A stretch of 64,000 bases of DNA from Octopus vulgaris (taxonomy: Eukaryota), in assembly GCA_951406725.2 (NCBI GenBank), contig OX597818.1, positions 38,068,001-38,132,000 on the forward strand, read 5' to 3'. Positions 52,221-64,000 of this stretch are shown piece by piece. Position numbers and translations under genes: made by a program. The notes under the pieces are model-generated. The model saw nothing but the letters and a program-made list of their open reading frames with translations. It was not told where the DNA came from and searched no databases. Every line of letters begins with the position of its first letter. Position 1 is the stretch's first letter.

Positions 52221-53062
52221 TGGTCATACTGAACCACTGCTATCAAATGAGTTAGCAGGTGCTTATCTCAGAAATCAGTGACATTCAGTAGATGCCAAAT
52301 TTTCACTGGGCTATCGTGTCTGTCTATCACAGTAACTTGTCCACAGGGAAGAACTTTTAATGATTATGATAAGTTTATGGTGATAAAATGGTTTGATGTT
52401 GAAAGATAAATACAATAAGATGAAGACTGTGTGTCAATAATCAACAATGTGATATAAATAATATAAATCAGTCTTAGTAAGCCAGTCTGAAAAATTGAAT
52501 AAAATGATATGTAAACAAAAATTAGTATTTATACAAAAATGTTTATGAATGTGTCTTAATATTTGTGAAAGTTGAGAACTGTTAATGTTTACATTTGTGA
52601 AACATGTTCTTTTTTTATCTCTAACTGATTTTCAAAGTCACGTGAGTAAGAACAAGTCTCTCATACCATGGGTATGTGAGAAAAAAAGAGTAAAAGTATA
52701 TGAGACATGTCTTTTTTTTTTTTACTTTTCAACAAGTTAGTCACCAAAGATTTAGGTGGACCCACAACAATCTCTAAAGAAATTGAGAAATCCAGACTAT
52801 TGGTTTGGGTGAAAATGACTGGAAGAACCATGCAGATACACAAAAGGTAGCCATTTAATTTGCTAAAAAATAGTGACCTCAACAACATATGCATGTGAGC
52901 CAATGGTGTTCTTTAATTGGTGGAAATTCAACACCTGTTATTGGTACAAATAATGTATTGGATAGGCCAAACTTTGACCAGTTGGTTATAATCACCAATG
53001 TTGTACATGGTCCAAAACATTTAAGCAATGGTAGAGTAGCAAGTTCTACACTAAAAACTTAA

Positions 53063-53282
53063 CCCTTTTGTTACCAACCTGGCTGAAACCAACTCTGGCT
53101 CTGAGTACAAATGTCTTGTTTTCATAAGTTTTGAATTAAAATTTTCCACCAAACCTTAGTCACAATTTATGCTCCTAACACTAGTTGAATGATAACTAAC
53201 TTATTTTACTAAATTCTTCGTTATATTTAAAGTAATTGAAAGAAATACAGAGCATCTCAACAGAAATACAGTAACGAAAGGG
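53063..53282. mobile_element. piggyBac-like MITE
   Basis: TTAA|CCCTTTTG...GAAAGGG|TTAA. Confidence 0.8.
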
Positions 53283-55510
53283 TTAATGTAATATTGAGAA
53301 ATTGCTGTGGGTAACAATATACTTCCCCATACCACCCCACTCCTTGGAGCTGGTCTCGGCTATTCAGAAACAAGAGTCTTCTCTCACAGATATAATGCAA
53401 TGCCTGTGACAAAATACAAATTTCAAAACTGAGAATTATGACAACAGAAATGAGAGTTAAATGAATACAATGTTGAATGAAGTCTATGTCATTTTGTAGT
53501 TATATTGCTTGATGCTTTGTTATTATATTTCACTGATTACAAAGGGGAATTAGATATGACTATGAAAGACCTAAAATGGCTCCTGGTTGACTTTGAGCCA
53601 AGGGTCTTTAATAACTTTGAGACTTATCTGATTTAGCAGGTATTATCCACAAACACATTCTAGCTGCAGCAAATTCTCTAGAAATAGCAGAAGTGCAAAG
53701 CAATAGTGTTGAAGGTATGGTGGAGTCCTACAAAACACTTTTATATTTTCATGAACTCCCTCTAAGTTTCAGGGTTTTAAGAGATTGTCAGGCTATTTCT
53801 AGACTAAACATCTTTTTATCTCTCTCTAACCACAATGTGGATATCAATAAAATTTCCAGGCAATAGTACAGAAAAAAATATGTGTCAATATAAGTTATTG
53901 ATAGACCGATATGAATTTGAAGAGCTGAAATATTGTTCAAGTCTTTACTTTTTCTCAATGCAGTTATAGTCTCAATTAATCAAAGTTTTTATGCTCACCA
54001 CATTAATTAATACATAGTTCACTAAGTGGGGAAACCTTATAAACCATGATTTTCTCTTCAGGAGTTTTAAATACTATTTTGGGAAACAAAAGTGAGAGTA
54101 GAAATACCTTGTTTAGCTTCTTAAAAAGGGATTCTATAAGTTAATGTGGATGCATCCAAATTAGTATAGGTAAACTGGGTCCCATTAAAGAATTAAATTA
54201 TGGTGTGAGATGGGCAAAGGTTTCTTTTAGGATACAACCTGTGGAAGCATTTCTTTATAGACCACACCAAAACAGTAAAACTATTGATATGCTGATGACT
54301 TGAAGGAAAAGGAAAAACAAAACTGTATTGTCAAGATATCAATGCTACTTAATTTTACAAATAAGTTAGCCTAAGATACCCACATACAATTCAACAAGTA
54401 CTATTTTGTTTATTTTCTCTTAAAATGGCACACCAACCATTAAGTATAAACAGTAGCTTTATACAATACTTGCACTGAAGCAGAAGACAATTCGAAGCTT
54501 GTAAGCTAGTCAGTCCATTTTCAATTATGATAGAGCATTTTATGCATGAGAAACAATCACATATACATGTAGATAACTGCTCTTAGCTATCTGGAATAAC
54601 AGATTTGTGGGTCACAACTAGTCAAATGTCCATCTACTTGTATACCATAGTCAGAGCTGACTTGTATTACCCAACAACAATTTGATTACTTCTAACTATA
54701 TCTATTATTTTCTAAGTTTATACAGTTGAACTCTCACAAAAATTAGCCAAAAATACATCATGTTTAGTAAGTGGAAATGAGTTTGTGATTGAGATGTACT
54801 TATAGCGAGAATTATTTTTATCATTCTCTCAGTGGGAATATGGCAAGGACAATTAAGGTTGTGCTATTAACTGGTAGACCTATATGTCTCTATTAAAACA
54901 GAAATTGTCTTTAAAAACAAAACTAAGACAATGAGAAATGGGTTCACACTGTATGTCTATGCAATCTCAGATTCCATTGCTATTATTACTAAACCCCTTT
55001 AAGTACAAGAAATAACTAAGTGTACAATAAAAGTGGAAAAAATATATATCATTAGATTGAGGAAATGAGTCAAAAATCATTGTGCTTGTGTTCACAGATG
55101 TGATTCACAGCAGGCTATTAGAGCTTCTATAAAGAATCCCCTCCTAAATCTTCAACTAAAGAAAAGACAAATGAAAAGATTGCAATATGTGTGACATAAA
55201 CAACATCATTCAGGAATTTCAAGATGACAGTCTCAAGATATAATCTGGTGCTTAAAAATAAACATAAAACAGGCATATGTGCAAAACATTTCAAAAGGAT
55301 AGGGAAAATGGATTTGACTCAGGGGAAAGAAGCACATTCTTAATGCCTCTTAAAAGGTTCACATCTCACTTTGACTTAGTCCTTCACTCTGTAGAGTGTC
55401 AGACTAAATAATTACAATAATTTTTCAGTTCATAAAATATTAATTATGAATATAATTGTCAGATTTTATCTTTTATGATTTTTCAGTTCATAAAACATTA
55501 ATTATAAATA

Positions 55511-56077
55511 TTAAGCTGTCCGGAAAGTTCATGCCAATTTATAGCAGCTTACCTTTTGACTTATTTCAGAACATGGTTGAGTCCATAAAATAGGGTTTGA
55601 CTACACTTCCATTTAGAGCACAGTTTAAGCTATCTTTTCATGGAAGAAGGTTTATGTTCCTACAACTTGTGTTAATTCTGTAACCCTTTAGAATGGAAGA
55701 TAAGAAAGTTCACTTTTGGCACTTGATGCTTTGGGAAGCAGTCAAAAATTGCTGCAGCTCGGCAGGGATGCATTACCCCACCCTATATATTCACCAGATA
55801 TTGCACCTTCTGATTTCCATTTATTCAGGTCTCTGCAGAATAGTCTTAAAGGTAAAAAATTTCAATTCCTTGGATGACATAAAAAGATACCTTGATGAAT
55901 TCTTTGCCATGAAACCACTTCAATTCTGGGAAGAGAGTATTTTCAAGTTAAAGGAAAAATGGAGACGCATTGTGCAACAAAATGGTTCATATTTGGTTGA
56001 TTAAAAATGTAATGGCAAGTATTTATTGACCTTTTTCTTTCCTTTAAAAATTGGCATGAACTTTCCGGACAGCCCAA
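55511..56077 (+). mobile_element. Internally deleted mariner element with both TIRs
   Basis: TA|ttaagctgtccggaaagttcatgccaattt ... aaattggcatgaactttccggacagcccaa|TA; N-terminus MEDKKVHFWHLMLW fused to YSPDIAPSDFHLFRSLQ and WEESIFKLKEKWRRIVQQNGSY. Confidence 0.92.
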
Positions 56078-56479
56078 TATAATAATTAAATAAATATTTC
56101 AATGATTAGAGTTGATAAAATCAGTAATTGTAATATCTTAATTTCTTTTGTATGATTCAACACCACCACCTGGCTCATGAAAGCTTTTAGTGGTGTAATA
56201 CACTGTTGCCACATTCAGAACAAGTTCCTAGTCTGAAGATCTTCCTTCTTTCTACCAGTTTTGAAGAACCTGCTCTTCCTCCAATAACTAAGCCAATAAA
56301 AAACTATTTGTATCCCTATAATGGTCTGTCATCAGTTACTATATAAAATCAAAAGAATTATAGGTATTCTGCACAGTCTCTAATAAAAATTTTAAAATTT
56401 GTGTTGATTTAAGAGAAAACTCTCAATGAAAATCACAAAAGGCACTACAGAACATACCAATTAATAAATTCATAGATGT

Positions 56480-56889
56480 AGGTGCAGGCACAGCTGTATG
56501 GTTAAGAGGCTTGCTTCTCAACCATGTAGTCTCAAGTTCAGTCCTACTGCATGATAGCTTGGGCAAGTGTTTTCTACTGAAGCCCCAGGTTGACTAAAGC
56601 CTTGTGAGTGGAATTGGCAGATGGAAACTAAAAGAAGCTTATAACGCACACACATATATGTATGTACCCTTTTCTTGGCATCATGTGATGGTTGTAAACA
56701 ATTATCACCATCATAAGGTGTGACGTTTATTTCCAGTCTTCCAGGAAAAAAATGCCTGATTGTGTTGATATATTACTTGCTTGGAAACAGGTGAGGGATG
56801 ATGACAAGAAGATCATCCAGCTGCAGAAAATTAGCCCCAACAAATCTGAGCCATGCAAGCATAGAAAAGTGGACAGTGCATGATGATGT
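56480..56889 (+). mobile_element. Old SINE: family-A head with an RTE-like 3' terminus
   Basis: Family-A head, then ttggaaacaggtgaggg..catccagc..ccatgcaagcatagaaaagtggac..gatgatg; related copies at ~4170-4590, ~14900-15110, ~47410-47570 and ~57625-58640. Confidence 0.65.
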
Positions 56890-57753
56890 AAAAATTTTCA
56901 GGCAACAGGATATAGAGGAAGCTTAATGGACCAGAAAAGGAGACAAAGGATATCAAATGGGGTTGTTGTTTAGTTAAACAGTTCTAAAACGAAAGGTATT
57001 CTCACCATCTTTATTTGTTTAAATTTAACAGAAACTAAATTGAAAAACTGACTTAAGGCCTGTGGTAGTTTGTGAAATGACTATTTTATCTTTGTTCTGT
57101 TTGTTAGCTGGCAATCTCAGATACGCCAGTAGCATGAAAAATGCACCCAGTGTTACACAGTGATGTGGTTGACATTAGGGAGGGAATCCAGCCATAGAAA
57201 CCATTCCAAAGCTGACACAGGAACACAATGCAGCCCTGCAATGCACCAGACCCTGTCAAACTGTCCAACACATGCCAGCATAAAAAACAAACATATGATG
57301 ATAATAATGATGATGATCGTTGTTGTTGTTGTTGTCAGTCATCAAGCTCAATCTATCATGTTACACAGAATAGAAATGATTCATGTATTTATTCACAGAA
57401 TAGAAATGATTCATGTAACTGAAACTCGTTATCTCATGACACTTTAAGAGAACTTCCAAGATGTGCTATTTTGATTTCAACTATATCATTTCAGGTGTTG
57501 TAGAAATGTTCTATATTTAGCCTTTTTTTTTATATTCTAGAATCAGTCATATTAATTATAATTCATAGATATCACCCCAAAATTCACTAATTTAAAACAA
57601 GAAAACAGATAAACTTAGCTCCACTTCATCATCATTATCCTCATTATTTTAACATCCACTTTTCTATACTTGCACAGATCAAAGAGAATTTATTGAGGCA
57701 GATTTTCTATGGCTGGATGCCCTTAATGTTGCTTGCTTCCAAGTAAGGTAATA

Positions 57754-58370
57754 TTCTTTTCTACTCTATGCATAAGGCTCGAAATTTTGGGGGAGGCGGC
57801 CAGTTGATTAGATCAACCCCAGTATGCAACTGGTACTTAAGTTATCAACTCTGAAAGGATGAAAGGCAAAGTCGACCTAGGCAAAATTTGAACTCAGAAT
57901 GTAAAGACAGATGAAATACCGCTAAGTATTTCATCTGCCGTGCTAGTGTTTTTTATTTCTTTATTGCCCACAAGGGGCTAAACATAGAGGGGACAAACAA
58001 GGACAGACAAAGGGATTAAGTCAATTACATCAACCCCAATGCATAACTGGTACTTAATTTATCGGCCCCAAAAGGATGACAGGCAATGTTGACCTTGGCG
58101 GAATTTGAACTCAGAATGTAAAGGCAGACGAAATACCTATTTCTTTACTGCCCACAAGGGGCTAAACACAGAGAGGACAAACAAGGACAGACAAACGGAT
58201 TAAGTCAATTATATCGACCCCAGTGCATAACTGGTACTTATTTAATTGACCCCAAAAGGATGAAAGGCAAAGTCAACCTCAGCGGAATTTGAACTCAGAA
58301 CGTAACGGCAGACGAAATACTGCTAAGCATCTCACCCAGCATGCTAACGTTTCTGCCAGCTCACTGCCTT
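57754..58370 (-). mobile_element. Family-B SINE trimer with 13-bp TSD, nested in an older SINE
   Basis: Three core repeats; aagtaaggtaata at 57741-57753 and 58371-58383. Confidence 0.85.
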
Positions 58371-59038
58371 AAGTAAGGTAATACTACCCCAAGACTAGAC
58401 ATATTTTTATGGAAGCTTGGAAACAGAAGGCACTGCTTGTACAACAGTGACACTTGATTACAGCTATCATGACAAGGGGACATAAACACACACACAATAG
58501 GCTTCTTTCAGTTTCCATCAACCAAATTCATTGACAAAGCTCAGGACTATAGCAGAAGACAATTGCCCAAGGTGCCACACAATGAAATTGAACCTGAAAC
58601 CATGTGGATGGGATGCAAACTTGTTAACCACACAGCCATACTTGCTATAAAAATTTTAATTTTCATCCTACCAAATTAAAGTTCATAAAATTCAGTAGAA
58701 GCCTTCATTAAGACCAGTTAAAAAGTACTGAATTGGTAGATTTGTTAACACACTGGAAAAAAATGTTTAGTAGTATTTCTTCCAACAACATGCTGAGTTC
58801 AAATACTGCTGAGGTTAACTTTGCCTTTCATCCTTTCTTACTCAATAAAACAAGTACCAGTTGAGCACTAGGGGTTGATGTAAACAACTAGCTCCTTCTC
58901 CCATAAACTTTCAGATCTTGTGCATATAGTAGAAAGACCTATAAGTCAGTTGGCCCTACTATGCACCTTTCTACCAAAATATTACTATAATAGATCTAGA
59001 AATCTACACTAGTCCCATACCTTTTAAAATTTGAAATA

Positions 59039-59594
59039 CCGTATTTTAACATGTATAAGGAACTCTTTTTTTTTTGTCAAAACTTAGGTTCATAAAATAT
59101 GGGAGTTTCTTATACATGGATCATCATCATTATCATCATCATCGTTTAACGTCCACTTTCCATGCTATGATGGGTTGGACGATTCAACTGAGGACTGGTG
59201 AACCAGATGGCTGCACCAGGCTCCAATCTTGATCTGGCAGAGTTTCTACAGCTGGATGCCCTTCCCAACGCCAACCACTCTAAGAGTGTAGTGGGTGCTT
59301 TTACGTGCCACCAGCACAAGGACCAATCAGGCGGTACTGGCAACAGCCACTCTCAAATGGTGTTTTTTACATGCCACCTGCACAGGAGCCAGTCCAGCGG
59401 CACTGGCAACGAGCTCGCTTGAATGTTTTGTCACGTGCCACTGGCACAAGTGGCAGTATGGCAATGATGGTAACGATCATGCTCGAATGGTGCCTCTGTT
59501 ATAATCCCTTACAAAACCTTCTTCCCAAATTTTAAGTCCCAAAAATTAGGAGGTTCCTTATACACAAGGATTCCTTATACATGTTAAAATACGG
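59039..59594. mobile_element. pogo/Tc1-mariner-type MITE interrupted by an RTE 3' end (59121-~59495)
   Basis: TA|CCGTATTTTAACATGTATAAGGAA ... TTCCTTATACATGTTAAAATACGG|TA: perfect 24-bp TIRs. Confidence 0.85.
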
Positions 59595-60049
59595 TAATAA
59601 ATAAATACAATATAATCCACTAAACCTATTCATTCACACTAAAAATTCCCCCCTCGTACTGATTTCATATTTGATAATATTTCTCCTCCAGCCTTTTCCC
59701 CTTAACCTTCAATTTATTCCTTTATTTATCTTCCATTTGTTTTTTTTATTAGTCTTTTCTTCTAAAAATATACATTCTTCACAATCTCGCTTCTCTATTT
59801 ATAACTTTTATATTCTCTTCAGTTTCCAACAGTTGTTTTAATCAATTTCATATCTCCACATGTGCTAACTTCTTTGACTTCAGTTCAGATTCCTCAATTA
59901 GACTACTACTGTGGCTACTACTACCGCTGCTGCCGCTGTTATACTACTGCTGCTGCTACCTTTCTATCATGCCTAAAACTAAGAACATCTACATAAATAC
60001 TACATCCTATTTATATGAATTGTTTGATAAGCTTTCCTCAATGAAACTT

Positions 60050-60270
60050 CAAAGTTACAGTCAATTTTCCATAAAATATTTGACACTACATCATGTACTG
60101 AGTCCCTCGAAGTCACAGTCAGTTCTTATATGCTGATTCTACATCATATATTTAGTCCTTCGAAGTCACAGTCACCTTTCTTATATACTTGATTCTGCAT
60201 AATGTATTGAGCCCTTCAAAATTACAGTCAACTTTTGTAGAATAGATATTTGGCACTGTATTGTATATTG
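60050..60270 (+). repeat. Degenerate ~63-nt tandem repeat (gagtccctcgaagtcacagtca..)
   Basis: About four units with a recurring aagt(c/t)acagtca core; the array resumes after the SINE at ~60520. Confidence 0.6.
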
Positions 60271-60271
60271 A

Positions 60272-60518
60272 GTGGAAGTGCGTGGCTTAGTGGTTAGGGT
60301 GTCAGCACCATAATCGTAAGGTTGTGGTTTCTATTCCTGGAGCGGGCGTCGTGTTGTGTTCTTGAGCAAAACACTTCATTTCACATTGCTCCAGTCCACT
60401 CAGCTGGCAAAAATGAGTAACACTGCGATGGACTGGCGTCCCATCCAGCTGGGGAACACATACGCCATAGAAACCGGGTCTATGAGCCTGGCTAGGCTTT
60501 AAAAGGGTGCATTTATTA
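60272..60518 (+). mobile_element. tRNA-derived SINE with family-C head and V-domain-like tail
   Basis: gcgtggcttagtggttaggg head, cttgagcaaaacacttcatttcac core, ctgcgatggactggcgtcccatccag; TSD tattgtatattga. Confidence 0.8.
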
Positions 60519-60637
60519 TTATTGTATATTGAATCCTTTCTCCAGTTAATATTTGTAGTTCTTATTCAAAAAGAAAAGGTTTACAATAATCTATAAAGAT
60601 GATGTGGAACTATGTAGAATGAAACTTCAATACAGAA

Positions 60638-60713
60638 TATATATACACACACACACATATATACACACACACACATATATATATACACACACACACATAT
60701 ATATACACACACA

Positions 60714-60763
<50 letters not shown>

Positions 60764-60845
60764 TACACACACACACACACACACACATATATACACACAC
60801 ACACATACACACACACACATACACACACACACACACATATATATA
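60638..60845. repeat. (CA)n/(TA)n compound microsatellite
   Basis: Seen directly. Confidence 0.95.
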
Positions 60846-61899
60846 GTTGTTCACCTGTTAGAATAGCAGCCAAGTTACCTTCAAATCATATTTACTGTCT
60901 TGAAAAAGAACACATTACATAATGCATTCCTAGAAACCTTTAAACCTACAGGATGATTGTTGTTGATAAATATTTGATTAGGTCTGCTCCGAGTTGACAT
61001 GGGCTAAATAACAACAGCTAAATTATCCTATTAGTAAATCATGTTTACGAATGCAAATAAAACAAGGAACAACAAACCATATAGAAAAGTAAAAAGGGCT
61101 AAAAGGCTAAAAAAATATTTATTTAAAATAGCTTACATGACAAAAGTTTTTAGTTGTACTGAATGCTTAGCCTTCAAAATGGGTAAGGGAATAAGATGAC
61201 AAAACATGCATTCTGTCACGTAGGCACTAAGTTAATGCCAAAAGTTTATATTAAGGAAAGACCATTTGAAATTATATCCATGTGGTGTAAGAACTTAAGA
61301 GATACAATTTCAGTTTGGGAAGTTATATTCCAATAGAACCAATGAATGAAAATATACGCCTGAATAATCCTAAATATGTAATATTCTTATGTTTTACACA
61401 ATAATATGTATTGATAACTAATATTAAATTTTTGGAAAGTTTTTTTTTTTTTTCCTTTTAATCTTCCAACAAGCTGAAAGAACTAAACATAATTCTGTAG
61501 TCTTAAGAAGAAATTTATGGGCTTTTAAGCAAAAGAACAAAATGAAAGTTGCACAAAATTGAGTGCTAAGTGCATTGTTGCCATGCAACAAACCACTTTA
61601 CACACAAGCATCATGCTACCTGCCCTTCACTCTAAAAGAGAAGCCCTTTGTTTCAAGCAGTGGTAATGACTCCTTAAATTTTCTACAACCAATTCATATT
61701 CTATCACACTTTCAGAAAACCTGCCCAACCACTACTGAGAAAAGTAACAAAAGCTATCAACTGCTTGTAGGGAGTTATCTGATCTCTTAGGAGAACCTAT
61801 CTCCTAAGTGCTCTTAGTACTTATTGCCCCAGTGCACCTACTACATACATAATTTATCTTCTCTGTTAACTGGCTTTTAATTCCACTACAACTTTTGTG

Positions 61900-62800
61900 T
61901 GTCCATTGATTACACTAGACACAACTTAAGGACTCTCTACAAACTATTTTTCTGCAAATGGAGTATAGCCTTTTCAATGAGTTGGCCTTCCAACTCATTG
62001 AAATTTTTGTTTTTCTATAAGTTTACTTAAAGGCCTTTCATTGCCAAATTCTGCTTCCATGTCTGGAATTTCTGCTTGAATCCTTCTACAGATTCTGTTG
62101 TGAGAGCTATGCTGTTGGCAGCATTCAGGAGTTTCCAAGGACAGCCAATCTTAAATTTTTTGTTACAGCTTGAAGGATTATAAATTAACAGGAGGAACTG
62201 AGAACTGAATCCTAGTAGACCCCTACCTGCACACCACATTCATTACTGAACACATTGCTAATAGCATCTCGGTATATGACATGTATATCCTTCACAAGTC
62301 CTTCATCTACTCCTAGTTTCCTCAGTGGCCACCAGATCACAGAGTAAAGGATTTCATCAAAGGTTTTGTCCAAATCAACAAAAGCTGGGTGTAGGGGCTT
62401 ACTCCAAGATCTGTTCCCTTAGCTTGCAGATGTCTTACTTGGAATATGGTATTAGCAGTATCTCTTTCTGGAACACAGCCAAACTGTATCCTATCCAGGT
62501 TAATTTTGTTCCTAATCATTTTCCCAATAACCCTTAACAAAACATTTGTAACTGTACCCAAAAGTATGATACCACTGTAATTTCCTCTCTCTAATGCATC
62601 ACCTATGTCCTTGTAGCAGTTTACAATGATACTGTAGCATCACTCACTGAGATTGAGCCCTACCTATTTTACCTGATTTACTTCTTGAGAGGCTAACCAG
62701 TACCAAACTTCACAGGTGTTTTAAGCATCTCAGCAATTATCCTTAATGGACCAGTTGTTTTCCCTACCTTCATATTCTTAATACCCCTATCTTCTATACA
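61900..62800 (-). mobile_element. Degenerate RTE LINE reverse-transcriptase fragment
   Basis: Minus strand GDALERGNYSGII, QFGCVPERDTANTIFQVRHLQ, AFVDLDKTFDEI and GCPWKLLNAA (cf. PWELLYADD), in RT order. Confidence 0.85.
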
Positions 62801-64000
62801 ACTGTCAACTGTCATTTGAACTGAGAGATAGAGGTCTACCTTTGTGAAAGAAGTGCTTGATATGACAATATTAGACTCTGTCTCTGTTCATATAATTGCC
62901 AAAAAAAAAAACACTTGTTATAAGTATTTCTAGATACACTGAGTAATAGAGATAAGTTTGACAAAAGTTTCTGTTTTAGTACTGGAATGGTAATAAAGTG
63001 GGCAAGTTTTATCTCATTATAGGAAACACCAGTTTATACATTATAGGAACTGATTCACTTCTTTTAAACCTTAGATCTATGAAAACTGGCGGAATGGACT
63101 TTAAAAATGACTACAGTAGAATTTTGGGTAAATCTGTTAAACTAAAAATCACATTGTCAAGTCACTATAGTATTTCTTTAACTAACATGCTGTTATAAGA
63201 TTGCAGTATTCCAAACATTATGTTACAAGTTAAAATTCTAAATAAACATGCCAGTGCAAAGAAGAAAAAGCCTGAAAAATTCCACTGAGGTTTGCTCATG
63301 CTTCAAAGGAAAAACTAGAGTTTTTATATTGAAAGAGTAGAAGATTAAAGGATGATGAATCTCTAGAACCAAAGAAATCTGCATCTCTTGTTAAATTTAT
63401 TTTATGTTTAGAAGATGTTCATGGAGGCCCATGGAGGGATTGCTTCTTACAAATAAGTTGAGTGACACAGTGTGCACTGATCTGAAGGAACACACTTACA
63501 AGAAGTCCTGGATTCTTAATTTTAGTGGTGCCACTATTAGATACTCTGCTGTCAGATTATTGAAAACCAAGAAAATTGAAGAAATCATTAGGAATATACC
63601 TTTGATGTTGTTATCTTATTTTGAAACTGCCAGTCAATTTTAAAGCAAAAATAGAGGAGAATTTAACACACAAAAAGGATCTTTATTCTCTTTTCCTGAT
63701 ATAATATTCAACCATTGACAGTATTTTCTTTTTGCTTTTGGTTATGTGTCATAGATTTTTCCCCCCTTTTCTATTCATTGCATCCATTAATTTTATATTT
63801 CACTCTTTTATTCTAGCCTGCTCCTATTAGTCCTATCTTTAAATCAACATTTTTCTGATTCAAGACTCTAGTTTTTCTCAGTAAATAGATCTTCACACTT
63901 TTCCTTTACTATAGATGTATTTTCCACATTTCTTTTTAAGTTCCCTAATCATAATTTCCTTGTCAAAGTCCTTTTTGATTTTGAACACCACCATTTAACA

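Noticed and set aside
55693-56004. Functional or domesticated mariner transposase
   Set aside because: A large internal deletion and frameshifts remove the HTH and most of the DDD domain.
63300-63650. Candidate coding exon near ORF 63404..63643
   Set aside because: No recognisable domain in any frame and no consistent splice-site pair.

Overview
AT-rich, repeat-dense eukaryotic (animal) genomic DNA. The tRNA-SINEs, (CAT)n-tailed RTE ends and long (TA)/(CA) microsatellites resemble repeats I recall from Octopus (coleoid cephalopod) genomes; that assignment is an inference. I find only one convincing host coding exon: a 153-bp phase 0-0 minus-strand exon (30807-30959) of a leprecan-family gene (prolyl 3-hydroxylase/CRTAP), so most or all of the window is probably intron. 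Most ORFs in the supplied track are microsatellite or repeat artefacts; a few are TE-protein remnants. The rest is a layered TE record: at least five tRNA-SINE families; RTE, CR1/Crack-like, R4/Dong-like, L1/Tx1-like and Penelope-like retroelement fragments; mariner/pogo and piggyBac-like MITEs; and two non-autonomous Helitrons. Four observations stand out. (1) An apparently intact type-I hammerhead ribozyme follows a Penelope GIY-YIG C-terminus about 0.65 kb from the exon. (2) A tRNA-headed SINE carries a CpG-decayed hammerhead and a Penelope-style inverted 5' end, making it a candidate Penelope-mobilised ribozyme SINE. (3) SINE multimers share an identical internal junction and sit inside single target-site duplications. 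(4) Inverted duplications could form intronic dsRNA. No databases were searched; family names come from motif recognition.
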